DNA of 63,840 nt, counting the filler, from Octopus bimaculoides (Eukaryota), in assembly GCF_001194135.2 (NCBI RefSeq). It is 4 parts of 4 records of this genome, joined end to end, with 100 filler letters (N's around TTAATTAATTAA, not from the genome) between each part and the next. Parts side by side here need not be neighbours in the genome. Positions count along the whole stretch, not along the records: positions 61,314 to 63,840 come from NC_068994.1; 3 more parts are not named here. One strand, given 5' to 3'. Positions 63,005-63,840 of the stretch are shown piece by piece. The position numbers and the translations under genes were made by a program. The notes beneath the pieces are model-generated. The model was not told the origin of the DNA. It saw only the letters and a program-made list of their open reading frames with translations, and did no database searches. Within the stretch, counting starts at the first letter, position 1. Each line of letters begins with the position of its first letter.

Positions 63005-63049
<45 letters not shown>

Positions 63050-63494
63050 ACAAACATATATACATACATATGTGTGTGTGTTTCTGCTCCTGTGAGCGTT
63101 TGCATTTTTGCTGCGTGTGTGGCAGTGAGCGCTTACACGTGTGTGTGCCTGCGCGTATCTCTGCCTACGTCTCTCTATATATATACGTGTGTGCGTCAAA
63201 GCCTCTCTGTGAGAACGCCCATTACAGATAGGGCGTGATGATGAATACGTGTAGAAGCGGGTAAAGTTACGTGAGGCTATTAAACGTGTCACCAAAGTAA
63301 CGTTCCGTCGTGGGAACGCATCATATCTCTTTCATTGCGAACATATCCATTTTTTTTCTTCTCCTCTTGCGTCCCCCTTTTGCTCCATATTCTCCATTCA
63401 GAAACGCACTCCACCGAACACACGCTCCCCCACTTTTGTCACTACTCCACCCCCGCTCTCTTTCGTATACACATTTACTTTATATATTAAATTG

Positions 63495-63794
63495 TTACGC
63501 TTACATACGCACATGCACACACACACATACACGCATACACACACACATATATATATACATACATACATATATGTATATATATATGTATATACATATATAT
63601 CTCTATATATGTATATATATACACATATACATACATATATATATAGATATGTATATACATATATGTCTCTATATATGTATGTATACACACAAATACATAC
63701 ATACATATACATAAACACGCACACATGTATAGATATATACACACATACATATATATATATGCACACACATGTATAGATATATAGATTCACATCC

Positions 63795-63840
<46 letters not shown>
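63495..63840. repeat. CA/TA-rich simple repeat
   Basis: Direct reading. Confidence 0.9.

Overview
Eukaryotic, AT-rich, microsatellite-saturated DNA. The SINE families and repeat density point to an octopus (coleoid cephalopod) draft assembly; this is an inference, not a database hit. No host protein-coding gene can be supported. The window is not contiguous: three identical 100-bp spacers (44 N + TTAATTAATTAA + 44 N) join four separate pieces (1-18592, 18693-41888, 41989-61213, 61314-63840). The content is decayed mobile elements: two Tc1/mariner elements (one DD36E, one DD34E with long TIRs), two related RTE-BovB-like LINEs ending in three C2H2 fingers, two other RTE LINEs, CR1 and Tx1 fragments, a Helitron remnant, Penelope remnants, about nine R4/Dong-like fragments mostly abutting (TAA)n arrays, a probable solo LTR and many tRNA-derived SINEs. 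The most interesting signals are RNA-level: two apparently intact minimal type I hammerhead ribozymes with palindromic loop-less helix III plus three degenerate covarying copies, a 5S rRNA head fused to a SINE tail, and a GC-rich structured insert between duplicated R4 fragments. Most element boundaries are approximate (about 10-30 bp).
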